From positions 81,809 through 145,808 of the forward strand of contig CAMWON010000001.1 in assembly GCA_947175875.1 (NCBI GenBank): a stretch of 64,000 nt of DNA, in the 5' to 3' direction. The notes under the pieces were generated by a model that was given only the letters and a program-made list of their open reading frames with translations, was not told where the DNA came from and ran no database searches. Position numbers and translations under genes: made by a program. This DNA is from an uncultured Alphaproteobacteria bacterium. GTDB lineage: Bacteria; Pseudomonadota; Alphaproteobacteria; Rs-D84. Shown in pieces: positions 59,534 through 64,000 of this stretch (its first letter is position 1; every line of letters starts with the position of its first letter).

Positions 59534-62260
59534 ATGTCTGAAATTATAAACGAAAGCGCCGAGATTAAGGTTCCACAGTCTTCTTTGGAACATGAAATGC
59601 GGACCAGCTTTCTGGACTATGCGATGTCGGTTATCGTTGACCGCGCGCTGCCGGATGTTCGCGACGGGTGCAAGCCTGTACACCGCAGAATTCTGTATGT
59701 TATGAACGATGTTGCCCCGGCGACCAAGCCTACGGTAAAATCTGCGCGTATCGTCGGTGACGTTATGGGTAAATATCACCCTCATGGTGACAGCTCTATT
59801 TACGAGGCGATGGCCCGCATGGCCCAGGATTTTTCCATGGGTGAAATGCTGGTCCAGGGCCAGGGTAACTTTGGTTCGCGCGACGGCGACAAACCCGCCG
59901 CCATGCGTTATACTGAGGCACGCTTGTCAAAACTGGGCGCGTCATTGATGGACGACATGGAAAAAGACACGGTTGACTGGATGCCGAACTTTGACGGCTC
60001 GTTACAGGAACCGGTCGTATTGCCCACAAAATTCCCAAACTTTTTGGTCAATGGTGGCAGTGGTATCGCCGTTGGTATGGCGACAAACGTTCCGACCTAT
60101 AATTTGGGCGAGGTTTGCAACGGTATCCTGGCCATTCTGGACAACCGTGAAATTTCCGATGATGAACTGTTCGGTATCATACCCGGTCCCGATTTCCCCA
60201 CGGGTGCCGTTATCATGGGGCGCGCCGGTGCGTACAAGGCGCACACCACGGGCCGCGGTTCCATTATCGTTCGTGCAAAAACGCATATGGAGGAATTTCG
60301 CGACCACCAGGCCATAATCGTTGACGAGATTCCGTACCAGGTCAACAAGGCCCAGATGATTATCAAAATCGCGGAGCTGATAAAAGACAAGCGCATCGAG
60401 GGTATTTCCGAAATCCGCGATGAATCGTCAAAAGAGGGGCTGCGCATCGTTATTGAATTAAAGCGCGACGCGATTGCCGACGTTGTTTTGAACCATTTGT
60501 TCCAGTATACGGAAATGCAGACGAATTTCCCTGTGAACATGATGGCGCTGAACCGTGGGCGTCCGATGCTGTTCAATATTCGTGGCGTTCTGGATGCCTT
60601 TATCGAATTCCGTGGCGAGGTTATACGCCGCCGCACAATATTTGATTTGAACAAGGCGCGCGCCCGTGCACATACGTTGCTGGGGCTGTCCGTGGCGGTC
60701 GGAAATCTGGACGAGGTTATTGAGTTAATCAAATCATCCCCGAATCCGGAGGCGGCGCGCACCGCGCTGGTATCGCGCGGCTGGCGGGCGTCGGATATCG
60801 AAACGTATATTCAGTTGATTGACGATCCGAACACCGAATATGAAAACGGAATGTTTCATATGTCAGAAGACCAGGCGCGCGCAATTTTGGAATTGCAGCT
60901 GCATCGCTTAACCGGACTGGAGCGTGACAAGATTCACGAAGATCTGGTGTCATTGGGTGGGCAGATAAAAGACCTGTTGGAAATATTGGGCAGCGCCGCG
61001 CGCATCATGCAGATTATCCGCGATGAAACGACAATGGTTCGCGACAACTGGGCGTCGCCCCGTCGCACCGAAATATCGGACGCGGAAATCGACATTGATA
61101 TAGAGGATTTGATTGCCCGCGAAGACATGGTTATAACCGTGACAAATACCGGCTATATCAAGCGTGTTGCGCTGGATACATATCGTGCGCAAAAGCGCGG
61201 CGGCAAGGGCCGCAACGCCATGGCGACAAAAGAGGACGATTATGTCGTTCAGGTGTTTGTCGCGAACACGCACACGCCGTTGCTGTTCTTCAGCTCCAAG
61301 GGCATCTGCTATAAATTAAAAACATACAAACTGCCAGAGGCGGCGGCCGCGGCCAAGGGACGTCCGCTGGTCAATCTGTTGCCGCTTGCGGCGGGTGAAA
61401 CGATTACGGCGATACTGCCGGTATCCGACGAAGATGTCGAACGTGTTCGCGCATCCGGCAAGGAACATTTCTTGATGTTCGCAACCGCATCGGGCACTGT
61501 GCGCCGCAACCGCATGTCTGATTTCGATTCCATCCGTGCGAACGGCAAGATTGCAATGAAACTGGACGAAGGCGACAGCCTGATATCCGTTCTGCCATGC
61601 AGCGAGGACCAGGATGTGTTCTTATCCACATACCGCGGCCGCTGCATCCGGTTCCCGGTCACCGAAATCCGTATATTTGCGGGCCGCAACTCAACGGGTG
61701 TGCGCGGAATAACGCTGGCGTCCGACGACCGCATTATCGGTATGGCGATGCTGACACAGGGCGAGGCTGATGCCGCCGTTCGCGCCGCATACATAAAGCA
61801 GTCGCGTGCCGCACGTCGCGCCGCCACCGGAATAGAGGAAGAGGCCGACGCCGAAGAAGAGGCGACGACACTGGTATTGGATGATGCCAAGATGCAGGAA
61901 ATGGCCGCCGCGGAAGAATTTATTTTGACCATATCCGAAAACGGCTTTGGAAAACGCACCAGCAGCTATGAATACCGTACGACGCATCGCGGTGGAAACG
62001 GTTTTGCAAACATCAAACTGGGCGGGAAAAATACCGCGGTTGCAGGCTCGTTCCCGGTTGCAGATGATCATGACATAATCATGGTGACAAACGGCGGTAA
62101 AATCATCCGCACGCCGGTGCGTGATGTTCGCATCGCGGGTCGCGCGACGGCGGGTGTAACATTGCTGCGTACGGCGGAAAATGAAAAGGTGGTCTCTGCC
62201 ATCTCCATCGAAAAAGATGACAGCGCCGAAGAAGAAGCCGTAATGGAAACTGACGAATAA
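59534..62260 (+). CDS. gyrA: DNA gyrase subunit A
   Basis: N-terminus [14 protein letters not shown]..., active-site region [10 protein letters not shown], six C-terminal beta-pinwheel repeats and an acidic tail. Start chosen at MSEII. Confidence 0.95.
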   Translation: MSEIINESAEIKVPQSSLEHEMRTSFLDYAMSVIVDRALPDVRDGCKPVHRRILYVMNDVAPATKPTVKSARIVGDVMGKYHPHGDSSIYEAMARMAQDFSMGEMLVQGQGNFGSRDGDKPAAMRYTEARLSKLGASLMDDMEKDTVDWMPNFDGSLQEPVVLPTKFPNFLVNGGSGIAVGMATNVPTYNLGEVCNGILAILDNREISDDELFGIIPGPDFPTGAVIMGRAGAYKAHTTGRGSIIVRAKTHMEEFRDHQAIIVDEIPYQVNKAQMIIKIAELIKDKRIEGISEIRDESSKEGLRIVIELKRDAIADVVLNHLFQYTEMQTNFPVNMMALNRGRPMLFNIRGVLDAFIEFRGEVIRRRTIFDLNKARARAHTLLGLSVAVGNLDEVIELIKSSPNPEAARTALVSRGWRASDIETYIQLIDDPNTEYENGMFHMSEDQARAILELQLHRLTGLERDKIHEDLVSLGGQIKDLLEILGSAARIMQIIRDETTMVRDNWASPRRTEISDAEIDIDIEDLIAREDMVITVTNTGYIKRVALDTYRAQKRGGKGRNAMATKEDDYVVQVFVANTHTPLLFFSSKGICYKLKTYKLPEAAAAAKGRPLVNLLPLAAGETITAILPVSDEDVERVRASGKEHFLMFATASGTVRRNRMSDFDSIRANGKIAMKLDEGDSLISVLPCSEDQDVFLSTYRGRCIRFPVTEIRIFAGRNSTGVRGITLASDDRIIGMAMLTQGEADAAVRAAYIKQSRAARRAATGIEEEADAEEEATTLVLDDAKMQEMAAAEEFILTISENGFGKRTSSYEYRTTHRGGNGFANIKLGGKNTAVAGSFPVADDHDIIMVTNGGKIIRTPVRDVRIAGRATAGVTLLRTAENEKVVSAISIEKDDSAEEEAVMETDE

Positions 62261-62271
62261 GCGGGGCCGGC

Positions 62272-62649
62272 ATGGATAATAACGAGTATTTTGCATCAAT
62301 AAACGAGGTGTCAAAACGCCTGTCTGTGCCGGCGCATACCCTGCGCTATTGGGAAAAGCAGTTCCCGGTAATAATCCGCCCGACAACAGGTTCCGGCGGT
62401 CGGCGTTATTATCGCGCGGAAACGGTTCAGCGTTTGGAGGCAATCAAAGATTTGCTGTATAACCGCGGCATGACGATTGCGGGTGTCAAAAAAATGATTC
62501 GCGACGGCGCGCTGACCGACACGGCGGCGATATCTGTTGCGGTGCCCGCGCCCGCACCCCAGGCGGCGCCGGCCGGCATTTCGTCCGCCGATGTCGATGT
62601 GGTTCTGTCGTTGTTGCAGACCGCGCGCGATATGCTGGACGACAAATAA
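62272..62649 (+). CDS. MerR-family transcriptional regulator
   Basis: The N-terminal HTH YFASINEVSKRLSVPAHTLRYWEKQF matches the MerR signature. Confidence 0.8.
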   Translation: MDNNEYFASINEVSKRLSVPAHTLRYWEKQFPVIIRPTTGSGGRRYYRAETVQRLEAIKDLLYNRGMTIAGVKKMIRDGALTDTAAISVAVPAPAPQAAPAGISSADVDVVLSLLQTARDMLDDK

Positions 62650-62680
62650 AAAACGCCCCGTCGGGGCGGTTTTTATTTTT
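62650..62680. terminator. Bidirectional terminator (CGCCCCGtcGGGGCG + T-run)
   Basis: Read directly. Overlaps the stop of the convergent lipoprotein gene. Confidence 0.65.
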
Positions 62681-63494
62681 GGCGCATGCGCGCGGCCAGT
62701 GCGTTGCGCTGTTCGCGCAGTGTGTTTCGCTCTGCCGTTAAAGAATCGATGCGGTGTTTAATGCGCGGGGCAAAGTGTGCCTCTATGCTCGTATAAATGC
62801 TGTCGTTGACCCTGCAAAAATGTTCAAAATTTTTTATTTCCTGCTCATTCTTGTCAAATTCAATTTTGCTTTGGTGGCGTTTGAGTTTGCGTGCGATATC
62901 CTGGCGTGCAATTGACTCAATTGACTCTTCATATTGACGGCAGTAACGGTCCAGACGCGGATTGTTAAAGCGAATATAGCCGAGTTCATTTATGATATGA
63001 AACGGTGGCTCAAACAAAGAGTAGTCCAAATCAAAGCTTACATTATACAAATCCTGCAGTGTTCCGCGACCGGAGATAATGTTATTGGCTGCTTCTTCGT
63101 TCCATTTGTAATGGAAGTCGCGCAGCTGGTCCTTAAGCTGTTTCAAATCGGCTTTTGACAAAAATGCGCTCAGCGGATATGCCTGTGCCACCTTTTTTTT
63201 GTCGATGTTTATAATACTGTCGCTTAGTGCCGCATTGCGTAAGCGCAGACTGTCTATCCGCGGGGCGTCTTGATTTATCACGTCTTGCAGCGCCTGCAGC
63301 ATTCTATTGCGTGCAACGGAATCTGTGGCCTCGTTTTTTATTTGCGTGCTGTCTATCTGGGCCTCGATACGCTCAATTTCCTTGTCCATTTTATTCAGGC
63401 GCTCTTTCGGCGATGTGCATGCATTCGCCATCATCGCGATAAAGGCAACCAATGCCGTATGTTTTGCGTGTACTGCCAGATTGTTGAGTTTCAT
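62673..63494 (-). CDS. Hypothetical lipoprotein (coiled-coil rich) in a lower-GC segment
   Basis: Lipobox ...IAMMANAC. Lys/Glu-rich helical sequence. No recognised domain. Confidence 0.5.
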   Translation of the reverse strand: MKLNNLAVHAKHTALVAFIAMMANACTSPKERLNKMDKEIERIEAQIDSTQIKNEATDSVARNRMLQALQDVINQDAPRIDSLRLRNAALSDSIINIDKKKVAQAYPLSAFLSKADLKQLKDQLRDFHYKWNEEAANNIISGRGTLQDLYNVSFDLDYSLFEPPFHIINELGYIRFNNPRLDRYCRQYEESIESIARQDIARKLKRHQSKIEFDKNEQEIKNFEHFCRVNDSIYTSIEAHFAPRIKHRIDSLTAERNTLREQRNALAARMRQK

Positions 63495-63630
63495 TGTTGT
63501 TCTGCTCCTCTATGCCCTTTTTGTAATTTGTAATAAGTTTTATACTATATTAGTACAAAAATGCCGTCTGTCAAGTAGTGTGTTAACTTTTTCTTGCGGA
63601 TTTTGTTTAGATAATTTATCTTGCCATATT

Positions 63631-64000
63631 ATGGGGCAAAAATCTATAAGACGTTTTTTTACCAATATCGTTTGCGGTTTTGTATACAGCAAGGATGGCC
63701 GCAAAAAACTGCGGGTGGTTTTAAATTCGCCCGTGTTGGAATATGTTCGCTTTATCCGCGCCGATACCGGATTGCGCATGCCGCGTCTGCGTTTTTTTGT
63801 GGGATACCAGGCGCGCAGCCTTTTGATTGGCGTCAATAACCGCTGGATTTACAAGTTTCCGTTGCGCCGCGACAATTATCGTGAATTGGCCTTGCGGGAA
63901 CAGCGGATAATTCGTGCCCTGGCGCCGATTTCATCAATTCCTATTCCCGATGTTCGTCTGATAGAGTACAAGGGCATGCTGGTCCGCAAATACGATTTTG
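63631..64000 (+). CDS. Partial CDS (runs off the window end), possibly a phosphotransferase/kinase-like (APH-fold) protein
   Basis: Frame 1 is open from the ATG at 63631 to the window end (MGQKSIRRFFTNIVCGFVYSKDG...LIEYKGMLVRKYDF). It is not in the ORF track because it has no stop. The function call is weak. Confidence 0.3.
   Translation, partial: MGQKSIRRFFTNIVCGFVYSKDGRKKLRVVLNSPVLEYVRFIRADTGLRMPRLRFFVGYQARSLLIGVNNRWIYKFPLRRDNYRELALREQRIIRALAPISSIPIPDVRLIEYKGMLVRKYDF

Overview
This 64-kb window is chromosomal DNA from an alphaproteobacterium. The 16S-ITS(tRNA-Ile)-23S-5S operon carries alpha-type 16S signatures. The window is mostly about 55% GC with several AT-rich insertions. Conserved gene clusters are eroded and rearranged, which suggests a host-associated lineage; an MliC lysozyme-inhibitor lipoprotein and many secreted Cys-rich proteins are consistent with that, but this is inference.

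Core genes present: der (3' part), dnaX, rluD, rlmN, surA-like, lptD, lptG, nusA, infB, fabZ, lpxD, tRNA-Val, the rRNA operon, mpg, tsaC, rplU, rpmA, mrcA (PBP1A), mliC, mraY, ftsW, murG, comF, valS, an acyl-ACP thioesterase, rpmH, gyrA and a MerR regulator.

The most interesting content is a pilin-like module. Three tandem, overlapping genes encode 405-451 aa proteins with prepilin-type (G-x4-E, class III signal) N-termini. A ZitP-like zinc-ribbon/DUF3426 polar-organiser gene follows them directly. A fourth short E5 pilin sits on the other strand between dnaX and an OmpA-like lipoprotein. No assembly ATPase, platform, secretin or prepilin peptidase is in the window.

Other notable content:
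- A family of large secreted Cys-rich proteins (1191, 695 and 633 aa, plus smaller ones). One of them contains an internal low-GC mosaic block.
- An AT-rich island (ParA-like ATPase plus DUF3781) immediately after the 5S terminator.
- An orphan EcoRI-methylase-family N6-adenine MTase.
- A short hairpin repeat family (TTGTCATTGCGAGCCC...GGCAATC) with compensatory stem changes.
- A highly structured ~500-nt noncoding region after infB.
- GATTCG repeat clusters in a 5' leader.

No CRISPR array, IS element or integrase was seen. All calls are from reading the sequence and ORF translations; no database searches were run.
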